Below the pieces are notes generated by a model. That model did no database searches, was not told the DNA's origin, and saw only the letters and a list, made by a program, of their open reading frames with translations. This document shows, piece after piece, positions 1-12,019 of a stretch of DNA of 64,000 nucleotides (position 1 is the stretch's first letter; every line of letters begins with the position of its first letter). Position numbers and translations under genes: made by a program. This DNA is from Octopus sinensis (lineage: Eukaryota). The DNA is taken from assembly GCF_006345805.1 (NCBI RefSeq), contig NC_043009.1:11160001-11224000 (forward strand), given 5' to 3'.

Positions 1-258
1 GTACAAATATCGGCTTTCCTCCTATTCTCAATAAAATAACTTTCAAAGGGAATCTCAGTGTTTAAAGCTGTACAGATAATATCTTACTGAAGTATGTACT
101 TACTATGAGAAGTGAGTTTGAAAGCTGTCAAAGGTAAATGCTTTTGTTATGCTACAACAGAACAAGGTTTGACACTGCACGATACGCCGAGACCAGACTT
201 ATTGAAGCAGGCACCGTTCTGATGCTGCAGCAACAACAACAATAATAATTTAAATAAT

Positions 259-611
259 GTCCCACTGCGTGGCATCTTGGGCAAGTGTCTTCTGCTATAG
301 CCCCGGGCCGACCAATGCCTTGTGAGTGGATTTGGTAGACGGAAACTGAAATAAAGCCTGTCGTATATATATATGTATATGTGTGTGGGGGGGGCAGTTG
401 TGTCTGTGTTTGTCCCCCTAGCATTGCTTGACAACCGATGCTGGTGTGTTTACGTGCCCGTCACTTAGCGGTTCGGCAAAAGAGACCGATAGAATAAGTA
501 CTGGGCTTACAAAGAATAAGTCCCGAGGTCGATTTGCTCGACTAAAGGCGGTGCTCCAGCATGGCCGCAGTGAAATGACTGAAACAAGTAAAAGAGTAAA
601 AGAGTAAAGAG
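259..611 (+). mobile_element. tRNA-derived SINE family A (CORE-like 'CTTGGGCAAGT' block, internal TA/TG microsatellite, (GTAAAAGA)n tail), 5'-truncated
   Basis: Near-identical to the fuller copy at 25536-25986, sharing variants ggcatcttggg and ctgctatagccccgggcc; ends in gtaaaagagtaaaagagtaaagag. Confidence 0.9.
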
Positions 612-1290
612 TTATGATAATAATAATATTAACTAAAATACCAGCAATAACTACAACATCCAGCAACATGTTTTGGTCAAGATGGTAGGAAATTATAATT
701 GATGAAAAATGTGCGTAGACATAAAACGCCATTCGGTTTATAACTAATTGACTGACTGTTAGACCACCCAGTAGGACTTTTTTTTTTCACAAACTTCAGA
801 TAAAGTAGTGGTTTTGTTAATTAGCTGGACAGTTTGTGCAACTTTTGTCGACAGTACCACTAATTGTCAGAGGCATGAGTGTATTAATAATACATCTGCT
901 GGCTGATGTATGTTACTATCCAATTTAGAACTAGTTTCACTATCCAAGAACTAGTTTCACTATTTTCATCTTAACAAACTCTTCTGCACTCTAAAATCCC
1001 TGACTATCATTAACTACCCAATTATTGTCAACCCTTAAGATTTGACTCAATATTTGATGAGATTAAAAGCTTTTGGTTACTCCGATTCACTCATATGCTT
1101 GTAGGACTTGAATCTCTGATGATATTTCATGCTTCGCACATATCTAAACAATCATTTAAAAGGTCACCCAAAGGCTATGCTCGATGTCCAGGAAATGCTT
1201 TATCTTTACGGTGAAGTGCATTTTATGTTCTTAAGAGAACTCGGGTTAACTATTTGGCATTGTGCACCTCTTCACACACATATTATTTTA

Positions 1291-1482
1291 TTCATTTATT
1301 TGTCTCATTCATTTGACTGCGGCCATGCTGGAGCACCGCGTTTAGTCGAGCAAATCGACCCCTGGACTTATTATTTGTAAGCCTAGCACTTATTCTATCG
1401 GGTTCTCTTGCCGAACCGCTAGGTGACGGGGACGTAAACACACCAGCATCGGTTGTCAAGCGATGTTGGCGGGACAAACGCA

Positions 1483-1545
<63 letters not shown>

Positions 1546-1691
1546 GACGGGTTTCTTTCAGTTTCCGTCTACCAAATCCACTCACAAGGCTTTAGTCTGC
1601 CCGAGGCTATAGTGAAAGACACTTACCCAAGTTGTCATGCAGTGGGAGTGTACCCGGAACCATGTGGTTGGTAAGCAAGCTACCTACCACA
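1291..1691 (-). mobile_element. SINE family A
   Basis: Reverse complement aligns along its length to 25536-25986, including the internal (CA)n(TA)n. Confidence 0.9.
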
Positions 1692-3288
1692 TTCCTTTAG
1701 AAATGCCTCATACTGCTCATTGGCAAAGGTTTGGTCACGAACACTTTACCGAATCTGGCCCACAAATCTGCCGTTACTTATAGCTTTACCAGGCAACTTG
1801 GCATCTGTTGCTTCGTAGAATTTCTAATATCTCAAAAGGAAAACGGAGTTTATACGCTTTAGAATATTATTGACGTATATACTTACGTTTCTTTATATTC
1901 TGCTCACAGGTTTCACCGGAATAGAGTTTTGCATTTCATTATTTCAGAATTAATCAAAATACGAGCCAGCTACACACCCCACATCAACATAAGCGTGTTC
2001 ATGTCAATACTTGAAATCAGCATTTCAAAATTGTTTGCAATTTGCATATACACTATTTTCCAAATACTTCGTCGTGTCATTTCACCGGATTGAAGGTTTA
2101 ACTGATAACCTCATCAAGTCCAATGAACAATAGCTGACAACGATAAGAGTAGTTGCACGCATTAGCTGCACAGCTAAAATCAGCCACGACAAACAAGAAA
2201 TTCTGGAGAGAAACCGTCAATCAAACATCAATCATAGCTGTAGTTAGCAAGACAAAATAGCTTTCGTCTTTCGTGTACTTTTACACTAATTGGGAAGGAG
2301 TTATTTTTATAATTAAACTTTATAAAATTTGATCGATATTTCGTCTGAGTATCACGCTAGGAGACGGTTGTAATAAAAATGTTTATAAGACACGATAATT
2401 ATATATTCAGACTTCAGATATCTAGTAAACCGACTTTGTTAATAGCAAAAGTTATATAACTACATTAATGCAAATTGCTTGTGCCGTATATATTTAAATC
2501 TAGAATATAGAACATAACGATAAGCGGGTTAATTTTGCATAAGTTATATGTGTGTGTGTAAGAATGTGTTCATACATATTCTTTATATTTTAATCTAAAT
2601 ATAGTCGTTCCAAACAAACTATTTATAATAGGGAAAGTAATATAAGAATAAATGCTAAAAATGACAGAAAAAAAGATTTTTTAGTAACAAAACATAAGTG
2701 GGAACACACAAGTGCTACACTGTACGTAACACAATTTGAAATTCTAATATATTTAATATAATTCTGCTTGATAGAAGCAGTGTTTGGCCATCTTGCATTC
2801 ATTAATGCAAATGCATGTAAACATGGGATACTGATTGATACTTACATTTAAAAGAAGTTCATTAAACAAGTTTGTCTTAAGTGTATTTTTCCAAACAATT
2901 GTACCTGATATATGATATAATCTTATACAGGTTATTGAATTTCTGAACGCATTTCATATACACGGGTGATGAGAGAAAATATAGCTGCGTTACCCTGTGA
3001 AACTATACTGAAAATACATGAACCTGCATGGTCTGCTTTTTCTTTTAACTGAAATCTGAAATTTTATCGAGGGGCAGACACATTCCAGCAAGTTTCATGA
3101 TACTGATGTCATTTATATGACACTATATATGTCATATAGATGTACAATGTACGCTGTTACGATGATATCGAACTGAGTTCACATAGAGTTTGTTGTATTA
3201 CTAATGAAACAACCAATTACATTGCTGCTATCATTTTATTACAAAGTACCCGCATACTTTCTCAGAGTCACTATCAATATTGGTTTCA

Positions 3289-3678
3289 GGCGGCGCGCTG
3301 GCAGAATCGTCAGCACGCCAGGCGAAATGCGTAGCCGTATTTTGTCTGCCACTACGTTCTGAGTTCAAATTCCGCCGAGGTCGACTTTGCCTTTCATCCT
3401 TTCGGGGTCGATAAATTAAGTACTAATTACGCACTGGGGTCGATGTAATCGACTTGATCCATTTGTCTGTCCTTCTTTGTCCTCTCTGTGTTTAATCCCT
3501 TGTGGGTAGTAAAGAAATAGGTATTTCGTCCGTCTTTACGTTCTGAGTTCAAATTCCACCGAGTTCGACTTTGGCTTTCATCCTTTCGGGGTCGATAAAT
3601 TAAGACTTAATAGTTGATGTGGACAACTTATCCTTCCTCATAAATTTCAGGCTTTGTGCCTATATTAGAAAGTATAAT
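3289..3678 (+). mobile_element. tRNA-derived SINE family B, partial dimer
   Basis: GGCGGCG-GCTGGCAGAATCG head (A-box-like), GAGTTCAAATTCC (B-box-like), central GCCTTTCATCCTTTCGGGGTCGATAAA block; the internal segment repeats at about 3520-3600. Confidence 0.9.
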
Positions 3679-3682
3679 TAAT

Positions 3683-3894
3683 ATTGGTTTCAAATCTTGG
3701 CAGAAGGCCAGCAGGTTTCGAGGAAGGACTAAGTTGATTACATCGAATCCAGTGCTCAACCGATACGTATTTTATCGACCACCCAAAAATGAAAAGCAAA
3801 GTCGAACTCGGCATAATTTGAAGAATGTAAAGACGGGCGAAACGCCGTTAAGCATTTTGCCTGGCATGCTAACCATTCTTCTAGATCGCCGCCT
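3683..3894 (-). mobile_element. SINE family B, diverged
   Basis: Reverse complement shows the family head (ggcggcgatctagaagaatggttagcatgccaggc) and central block. Confidence 0.8.
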
Positions 3895-4229
3895 AGAGTC
3901 CTCATTAATATTCCTGAAGATATTCTTGATATTTAATCCTATTGCAATTTTTGTCAGTTTATTTAATCTACATTTTAGAGTCTTGAAAAAATTCCTTGTC
4001 TAATCCTTTATTATAGTTTACGTTTTATTTTTAATTTACTTTCATTTACGCCCTATGATATTTCAAAATGCAAGTACATAGTCATTTAAAGGATAATGAC
4101 AACGATAACCTTCAGCATCCTGGAAGGATTCTGCTCTTCCATAAAGATTTATGCATCGGCTAAAAAACTAGAACCTTTCATTTGATAACGAGTCGCTCGG
4201 TAGTCTTCTCACCCTACATATGATAGAAA

Positions 4230-5600
4230 CACTAAGGCCGATGCTGCATATAATATAGGATTATATGGAGATGAGGTTTTAGCCGTTTTACCAAAATTAG
4301 ATCCATTTGAAATTACTTAAATTGTACTAAACTCTGGCTTAACATTAGACATTACTACTAACTTTAGCGATAAAAATAAATTAAATCAAAACCGCCGATG
4401 GATTGTGAGAATATAGTCAGTAAGTTTAGTAAGAGGATCTCATCCAATAAGCAAACATTAACAAAGTGCTCATATTACAATAATGCTGCTTACAGATTCA
4501 TCAAAAATATTTTTTTACACGTAAATTGTGTACCTTCTCATACTAAAAGTAAGATTATTTGGTTTCCACTCACTTTTTCGCTTAAAAAGTAAATCAGACA
4601 TTACCAGAAACTTATTAAGACTGGTAGATAATACGAAGGTGAATAAAAAGTAATGTCATTTTGTTTAGGACAGGTGTAATTACCAACGCAGGAACATGTA
4701 TCATACATCAAAATGAAGCTGGTCCTCTATAGATCACATCCCTACTTCTCAACATAGTCACCGTTTCTCTCAATAGCAATGTTTCACCTTCGAACGAGAC
4801 CATATATACCTGCCCCGTAAAATTCTATTCACTGTTCTTCGAGTCACTTCTTCATTACAGTTTTCACTTCCTCGTCGCTGGAATAATGTTTGCCTCTCAA
4901 ACTCTCTTTTGTGGTACCGAAGAGTGGATAGTCTGCAGGCGCTTAATCTGGTGAGTGGGGAGGTAGTGAAGAAGTGGCTCAGAGAACAGTCAACAGAATT
5001 TTACGGGGCAGGGATACATGGTCTCATTCGAAGGTGGAACATTGCTACTGAGGGAAACGGTGACTATGCTGAGAAGTAGGGATGTGATCCACAGAGGACC
5101 AGCTTCATTTTGATGTATGATACATGTTCCTGTGTAGGTAATTATACCTGCCCTAAACAAAATGGCATTACTTTTTTACTCACCCTCGTATTTTCTTATT
5201 AGCTGTCACTAGAGAAAGCTGTTCAAATGGAGCCCTTTATAAAGTGAGCAACAAGTATACCTTCAATATGAAAGATGCAATACTGTAGACAACTAAATAA
5301 CCAATGGTCAAATACGAATTAAAACCAACACTCATGACATGCAACAATAAAAATATATAAACGTGGTGATATATAAAAGAGAAGCCAACTGTACTAAACC
5401 AAATTCTTCTAGAGAACACATGTGATATATCGATGAGTATATCTGAATTTTGACGGTAGCCGTCTAGCTTAGCCGTGTGGTATTTCAGGGAGCTGCACAC
5501 AGTTTGATATCTTAAAATCATTGTGCCTGATCGGTAATCATTCATAATTCCTTCAATTTCATAAGTCAGAGTCTTTGACAAATATTGCCACTCTTATGCC
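4230..5600 (+). pseudogene. Degenerate Penelope-like element RT/linker remnant, interrupted by the mariner derivative at 4634-5188
   Basis: Manual translation gives IGLYGDEVLAVL (4255 on; cf. PLE GLYRDDGLAV), FSKRISSNK and SKIIWFPLTF (cf. IIWFNPPF), and VVIYK after the insertion; many stops and frameshifts. Confidence 0.6.
4634..5188. mobile_element. Mariner-derived non-autonomous fold-back element with about 225-bp inverted arms
   Basis: TA at 4632-33 and 5189-90. Arms 4634-4858 and 4963-5188 are about 90% identical by eye. The minus strand reads PHSPD*APADYPLF...(mariner YSPDLAPxD); the right arm reads VVKKWLREQSTEFYGAGIHGLIRRWNIATEGNGDYAEK*. Confidence 0.92.
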
Positions 5601-5697
5601 ATCTATCGGTTGATTTATATTCTAATTTATCTTAAAATATTATACTAACGAAGGTATCAGTTCATACATAAATAAACATAAATACACGCGCGCACAC

Positions 5698-5779
<82 letters not shown>

Positions 5780-6176
5780 TATATATGAGCACGTGTGTGT
5801 GTGTATCTGTAAAATTATTGTTTTTTTATCATTTAAAAATAGTGTGATTTACCTGCAAAAGCAAAAATTACTATGAATATTTATCTAAATTCGTCTAATT
5901 GAGGCATTTATTTACCGAGACTAGTCTACCAATAATTATAAATTTCTTGGAACTATAAGTAGTGTATATTTGAAACACATAACGGAAATAATTATTCCCC
6001 AGTATACTCATAAACTTCAAAATAATTACCTGCTTTACTCTAAAACAAAAACTGGTGAAGAAATGTGGAATTCGCTGTATCGATTAGTTTGTTTCAAGTG
6101 TGTGTGTGTGTACATATGTGCTTCTATACATACATAAATATTTACATACATAAACATATACTTGTATATGTATATA

Positions 6177-6238
<62 letters not shown>

Positions 6239-6279
6239 TTATATGTGTATATATATATATATATATATGCATATAAATT

Positions 6280-6745
6280 ATAAATTAGAGATAAAACCAG
6301 TATTATGCAACTCAAATAGCGATAGACATAAACCAATACATAAATAACCAATATATATATATAATTTTTAAAAAATATATAACTTATAATAGTATGGTTT
6401 CCATTTAAGCCTAGAAACAAAATCCTTAATATTATTAATAAGTTTCAAAATATATTCTTTCCTAGAGGGTATTGGAATATCCTTCAAAGATGAATTCCAA
6501 AATAGCGGTTCTATCTTACCTGTAAGTTCCATAACATACGAAATTGAGATTTAAATGTACTCAATAAACGTAAGCTATCAATATAATAATAATTATAATA
6601 ATAATAATAATAATATTAGGGAGTATAACTCCAAACTTAAAGGAAACATTTAATTTAGTATTAAATCAAATTTCACAGTATAAATATATAAATTATAACT
6701 TAGAGATAAAACTACTATTATGCAACTCAAACAGCGATAGACAAA
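6280..6745 (-). mobile_element. AT-rich PLE-associated terminal-repeat remnant(s)
   Basis: Segment tagagataaaac..tattatgcaactcaaa.agcgatagaca occurs at about 6285-6330 and 6700-6742; related pieces at about 12120-12200 and 33190-33230. Confidence 0.5.
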
Positions 6746-6771
6746 ATTGTTTTCTGTAAGTAAAAAGATGT

Positions 6772-7143
6772 TGTTGACCAAACTGCGCAACATGCCCACA
6801 CCTTTTGGAAGGAACCAAATTCCTCTTCAATGAGGGACAAAAATTCAAGATCAAATCTAATTTTACTTGTGCTTCAAAAAACCTAAGATGCTCGGGCTGC
6901 CACCAAAACTACATGGGGTCCACGGAATTATCGCTCTGACGCAGATGCACTCTGCATCGACAACAGATTGCATTCCCAGAATACAGAATGATATCCTTTA
7001 GTGAACATATTGAGAAATGCGCAGAGCAACTACTACCACAATTTTTAATCTTTCCATTCTATCAATGTGCTATTGGAACACCAACACAAATTAGATTAAA
7101 CAAGGAAACATTCTTCATTGAAAAATATAAACCAAAACTTAAC
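6772..7143 (+). pseudogene. Penelope-like element GIY-YIG endonuclease domain (3' end of the ORF), two in-frame stops
   Basis: Single frame, 124 codons: C*PNCATCPHL...FKIKSNFTCASKNLRCSGCHQNYMGSTELSL*RRCTLHRQQI...RLNKETFFIEKYKPKLN, matching the CxxC-FTC-(GIY)-CxxC-Y(I)G-T...HR...ExxxIxxxxPxLN layout of PLE endonucleases. Confidence 0.88.
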
Positions 7144-7834
7144 CATTTCTAACATTTTTATACAAGGAAACTCATCTCATTGAAAAAAATATAAAGCGAT
7201 TATCTCGCTTATACCGGAAGAAATCCCTGATTACCTTCCCCTGCCTGGAACTCTTCACTTCATAGTGAAGACATGACACGATGTAGGTAAAGAAATTTGA
7301 GAAATTTGAAAAGAAAATACGAAGCCGGTTATTTCTCCAAAAACTGTGTTACTATACACAGAAATTTCTAACATTTTTCTAACATAACGACTTAAATATA
7401 TTCTTTAACCTTATAACACAAGCCTTCTGTAGTTTTTTCACTCTTTTTTATTTTTTATACATCCAACCACGTGCTTTCACACACTAACTCTCTCACCTAT
7501 ATATATATAACTTTATAAATGAGGGTGAAAAATTTGATATTAATTTAATAATACCATCAATTTAACACCAATTTAAAGGAGCTATTGTTAGCACTAGAGC
7601 TGTCCACATAGTGGTAACTCTCTTATAATTTATATATATATATATATGAAGAAGAAAACCAAGCGGTTTTTTAACTATCTATTACTGCATTTACGGTAGA
7701 ATTTTAGTGATGCATTCTTAGATTACATCATAGAATAAACCCACCGTCCTCCGGTACAAGCTTAAACAGGTATATACAGGTAAGGTGAGGTCATCAAGGT
7801 AAGGTAAGGCCAACAACCTTGCCTGTTTATATAT

Positions 7835-7984
7835 TCTTTTATTCTTTTCAGTCATTTGACTGCAGCCAACATCGGTTGTCAAGCGATGGTGGGCGACAAA
7901 CACAGACACACAAATACACACACACACACACACACAGACACACTCACACACAATCAGACACGCACGCACACACACGCACACACT

Positions 7985-8015
<31 letters not shown>

Positions 8016-8213
8016 TATATGTATATATTATATATGTGCCTGTGTGTGTGTGTGTGTACGACGGCCTTTGTTTTTTCGTTTACCAAGTACAATCACAAGG
8101 TTTTTGTCGGCTCGAGGCAATAATAGAAGCCACATGCCTAAGGTGCCACGCAGTGGAACTGAACCCAGAATCAAGTGGTTGGGAAGCAAGCTTCTTACCA
8201 CACAGCCACACCT
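7835..8213 (-). mobile_element. SINE family A with internal deletion
   Basis: Head aggtgtggctgtgtggtaagaagcttgcttcccaaccac on the minus strand; the 3' part is joined gcagcca|acatcgg. Confidence 0.85.
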
Positions 8214-8750
8214 AAAATTTCGCCCGAGAATGGTAGATTTATGCTTCGACGTTATCAAGAAAATTCTATCGAAACAGCCGTTGTAAGTTTTATACTCCAC
8301 TTTGGTTTTATATCCACGCCGCATCTGGAACCACCCCTGTGTTGGATCTAAAGTTCAAATAGATTTGGTACTTACTTATTTATATACCTGCGGTGTACTA
8401 CCAATGTATTAACTGATGGTTGTTTTTGCTCACTGTGAACCCTATGCTAACCAGTTCTGGCATCCTACGGGTTGCAGCATCTAAATTTCAATAAATGTTG
8501 CAACATTGATTTTTGCAATCTAAATTTTAATTAATCTACTTAGAAGCTATATCTCACAAAAAGGCGTCGCAAAAATGTAAAAACCGTTGTAAGCTAGAAG
8601 AAAACTAGAAGAATCACGCTAAAAGGCAAACCAAATTCGACATTTAATATTAAATAAAGAAACGATGATTTTAGCTGTTTTCTCTGGGTTTCTCTTTCTC
8701 TGTCTACCGATCCATCATATACTTTGATCTGTTATTATTAGTGTTTTTTA

Positions 8751-8950
8751 GGCGATGAAATGGCAGAATCGTTAGCATACCGGAGATAATGCTTGGCGGC
8801 ATTTTGTCCGTCTGTACGTTTGAGGTCGAATTTGCCTTTCATTCTTTGGCTATCGATGAAGTAAGTACCAGTTGAGCACTGGGGTCAAAGTAATCGACTG
8901 CCTCCTCCCCCAAAATTTCAGACCTTGTGTCTATAGTAGAAAGGATTATT
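8751..8950 (+). mobile_element. SINE family B, diverged, alternative 3' tail
   Basis: ggcgatgaaatggcagaatcgttagc head; tail cctcctccccaaaatttcagaccttgtgtc. Confidence 0.8.
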
Positions 8951-8958
8951 ATTACTAT

Positions 8959-9044
8959 ACGCAGGATAATGCTAACAATATAGCCTGCTGCAAAATGGGG
9001 GTAGCTTATCCTGTTCAGGTTATATCATTAGCATTATCCTGCGT
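8959..9044. other. 86-nt hairpin (29-bp stem, 3 mismatches, 28-nt loop)
   Basis: ACGCAGGATAATGCTAACAATATAGCCTG (8959-8987) vs CAGGTTATATCATTAGCATTATCCTGCGT (9016-9044); the outer 17 bp are perfect. Confidence 0.85.
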
Positions 9045-9144
9045 TTGAGAATTTAAAATCACTTCTTTAACTTTCTAAGACATCTCAACGCCTCTAAAGC
9101 AAACTTCGTTTGTTTGTTTAAGTTCATCGTAATTTGAATTTATT

Positions 9145-9540
9145 ATTACTATATTTCGGGATTCGGGAAAGTAGTCGTTTTTTTTTGCCAAATAAACCGA
9201 AGTACTATATATTCATTCTTCACTTCAGATTTATTTTATTATTGTTTTTCTTTTATGTCCCTATGACTGGAAACCTTTCGTCACACATCCTGTGACTTCT
9301 TCAGCGAAACTTTATCCCACATTTCTCCTCTCGTCCTTTTAGTACATTTTGTCTTTCTATGGTGTGCACACGTGGGATGGAGTGTCGCTGAAGAGGTCAC
9401 GGGTGTGCCGCGATAAATTTCCAGACATAGAACATAAAAGAGGAACAATAATAAACTAAATCTAACGTGAAGAAAGCATATATAGTTCGTGTGTTTATTT
9501 GGTGAAGAAAAAAAAATTACCATCCCAAAATATAAAAATA
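9145..9540. mobile_element. Old head-to-head inverted pair of PLE terminal-repeat-like units, each with a decayed hammerhead-like core
   Basis: Arms 9145-9320 and 9372-9540 are reverse-complementary (roughly 75% by eye). The minus arm has CTGAAGA-A-GTCAC-AGGATGT-GTGAC-GAAA; the plus arm has CTGAAGA-GGTCAC at 9388. Same family as 31948-32324. Confidence 0.7.
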
Positions 9541-9597
9541 TCTGGCAAAACAAGCATATAAACATAATTATTTTTACAAATCATCATCTGAAAAAGA

Positions 9598-10045
9598 TTT
9601 TCTAACTAGAAAGGGTATGGCCTGGTCAGTCTGTAATGATATGCATAAGATCTGGTCATCTAATCTAAGTAGAGATTTAAAACTTAAAATCTTCAAAGCC
9701 ACAGTCGAACCAATTCTACTATATGGCTCAGAAATCTGGACGTTATCAAAGAAGCTTGAGAGGCGCTTGGATGGAACTTACACTCGCCTCCTTCTGAGAG
9801 CTCAAAATCTCTCCAGTTTGCTGGGCATTGTTGTAGAGCTGAAAACGAGGTAATTTCTACTCTTCTCCTCTAGAAGCCATCTGCTCGCGATACCAGAGAG
9901 CGCACACTCTCCTACCCTGATGTAATCTCCAGGGATACAGGCATCCAGCGACAGGACCTCTGTAATGCTATGATGGACCGTGAAGTCTGGCGTAACATAG
10001 TAAATTCCATTGTCTTGACCACGGTCGAACAATGATGATGATGAT
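9598..10045 (+). mobile_element. RTE-clade LINE 3' fragment with (TGA)n tail
   Basis: ORF 9617-9853 KLKIFKATVEPILLYGSEIWTLSKKLERRLDGTYTRLLLRAQN (RTE RT C-terminal motif), ending aatgatgatgatga. Confidence 0.85.
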
Positions 10046-11110
10046 TACTATTTTTTTGAACCGGGAATTATGAATTTGCTCTTTCAGTTTGTTGTATTTA
10101 TTAATAAAATTCTTTTTACCATTATTTTAATTTTCCGTGAGTTCCAACTGGTTTCGGGACTAAAGTCTGTGAAGTATGTTAGTAGTTTTCTTGTTTGGAA
10201 TCCTGTAGTGTTACAAATTTACCACTTTGATTCTGCGAAATTTTTTTCTTGAAAATAAAATTAACATGGCACAACTTGTTGACATTACTATTCAAATAAT
10301 TTAATTGTTCCATTAGTGAAATCTTGTTTTGTTGCAGCACATTTCGGTGTCGATGAGTGCTAGTTGTTTAGTTATTTGAATCCCAGAAAGGAAACATTGT
10401 TTTTCACTCTTTGATGTTTTGCTTTTGAAAAAATATTTAAATTAATATTGCGTCGCATAGGGTGAATGAACACAAAGAGAAAAAAAAAAGAGAAAAATAA
10501 TTGCAAAGAGAAGAGAGGATGTTTTTTGTTTTCCTCAAATGATTTCTGAAATAAGATGTGATTTTTGCGTAATCGTAGGAGCGGCAGCTTAACGACTGTC
10601 AACAAGGACAATACAGCCAAAATCACGGCAATCAGTAACAATGCTAACGTTGTTGACGGTGGTACCAGGAACAGCGACACAATGCGTTCTGTTATCAAAA
10701 CCAGAAGCGCTTTCAAACAGGGGCGGCCGGCAAAAAACACCATCACTGCCACAGTTATTATAGCCGTAGTTACCAGAAGTGGTGGTTGCAATACGCCAGT
10801 TACAGCAGCAGCAACGGCAGTTCAAGAATTTGGACCTGTAGATCTCCATTTCCAGTGACTTTGACGGCCACCTCCCAGTGGTGTCGAGCGTCAACGAAGA
10901 GCCCTCGACTACAACAAGACGACCAAAGTTTTTTTTTTACCAAGGTCTGGGGTCTCCCGCCCCTAAGCCCTAGACCATCACCTAATCACCCTTACCCATC
11001 TTGTTGCTTAACAACAACAACAACAACAACAACAGCAGCAGAAGCAGCAGCAGAAGTAGCACTACCAAAGATAACAGCAACAATCACACCTCAACAACCA
11101 CTCCAAACAA

Positions 11111-11347
11111 TACCTATTTCTTTACTACCCACAAGGGGCTAAACACAGAGAGAACAAACAAGGAAAGACAAACGGATTAAGTCGATTATATCGACCCCAG
11201 TGTGTAACTGGTACTTATTTAATCCACCCCCGAAAGGATGAAAAGCAAAGTCGACCTCAGCGGAATTTGAACTCAGAACGTAACGGCAGACGAAATACTG
11301 CTAAGAATTTCGCCCGGCGTGCTAACGTTTCGGCCAGTTCGCCGCCC
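11111..11347 (-). mobile_element. SINE family B, full monomer
   Basis: Complete head, central block and tail on the minus strand. Confidence 0.9.
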
Positions 11348-11564
11348 TTAAATATTTCTGCAAATAACCACGAGATGAAAGGAACAGCCCAGGCAATCGA
11401 CCGTTTGGTGTCCAGTGTCTGCTTTGGCATAAGTTTCTACGGCCTCCAACTTAGTTACCGAGGAAATCAGGAAGTGAAATGACCAGTTTCCTGATACTTC
11501 AAAGTGTTTTAACTTATGGCATAAGACCCTAAGACTTATGTGATGGAATATGTACACATTATAC

Positions 11565-11725
11565 GTGCAGGCGTGGTTGAGTGGAAAGAAGATTGCTTCC
11601 CAACAACATGGTTCTAGGTTCAGTCCTACTTCGTGGCACCTTGGGCAAGTGCCTTCTATTATAATCTTGGGCCAACGAAAGCATTGTAAGTGGATTTGGT
11701 TGATCGAAACTGAAACATGCCCATC

Positions 11726-11768
<43 letters not shown>

Positions 11769-11770
11769 TA
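11565..11770 (+). mobile_element. SINE family A 5' half, ending in (TA)n
   Basis: gtgcaggcgtggttgagtgg...gtggcaccttgggcaagtg...catcgtatatata. Confidence 0.85.
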
Positions 11771-11779
11771 TAATTAGAA

Positions 11780-12019
11780 AAAACACCTTTTATCAATTCA
11801 AAATGAACAATTAAATTACACCATCTAGAAAATTACATATAATAGAAATATCAAAATTAAAATGACAATAATATACCAAATATATACGTTTTTATTATTA
11901 TTTTGCAATTTACTTAATCATCGGCATATTATTGTTATTTAATTTTAATATTTCTATTATATGCAATTTTCTAGATGGTGTAATTTAATTGTTCATTTTG
12001 AATTGATAAAAGGTGTTTT
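11780..12019. repeat. About 95-bp inverted repeat (about 95% identical) between (TA)n tracts
   Basis: 11780-11875 is the reverse complement of 11925-12019 with a few differences; 49-nt spacer. Confidence 0.9.

Noticed and set aside
10565-11110. Thr/Ala-rich ORFs as a mucin-like exon
   Set aside because: Grades into (AAC)n/(AGC)n repeats, and overlapping ORFs are open on both strands, as expected for decayed triplet repeats.
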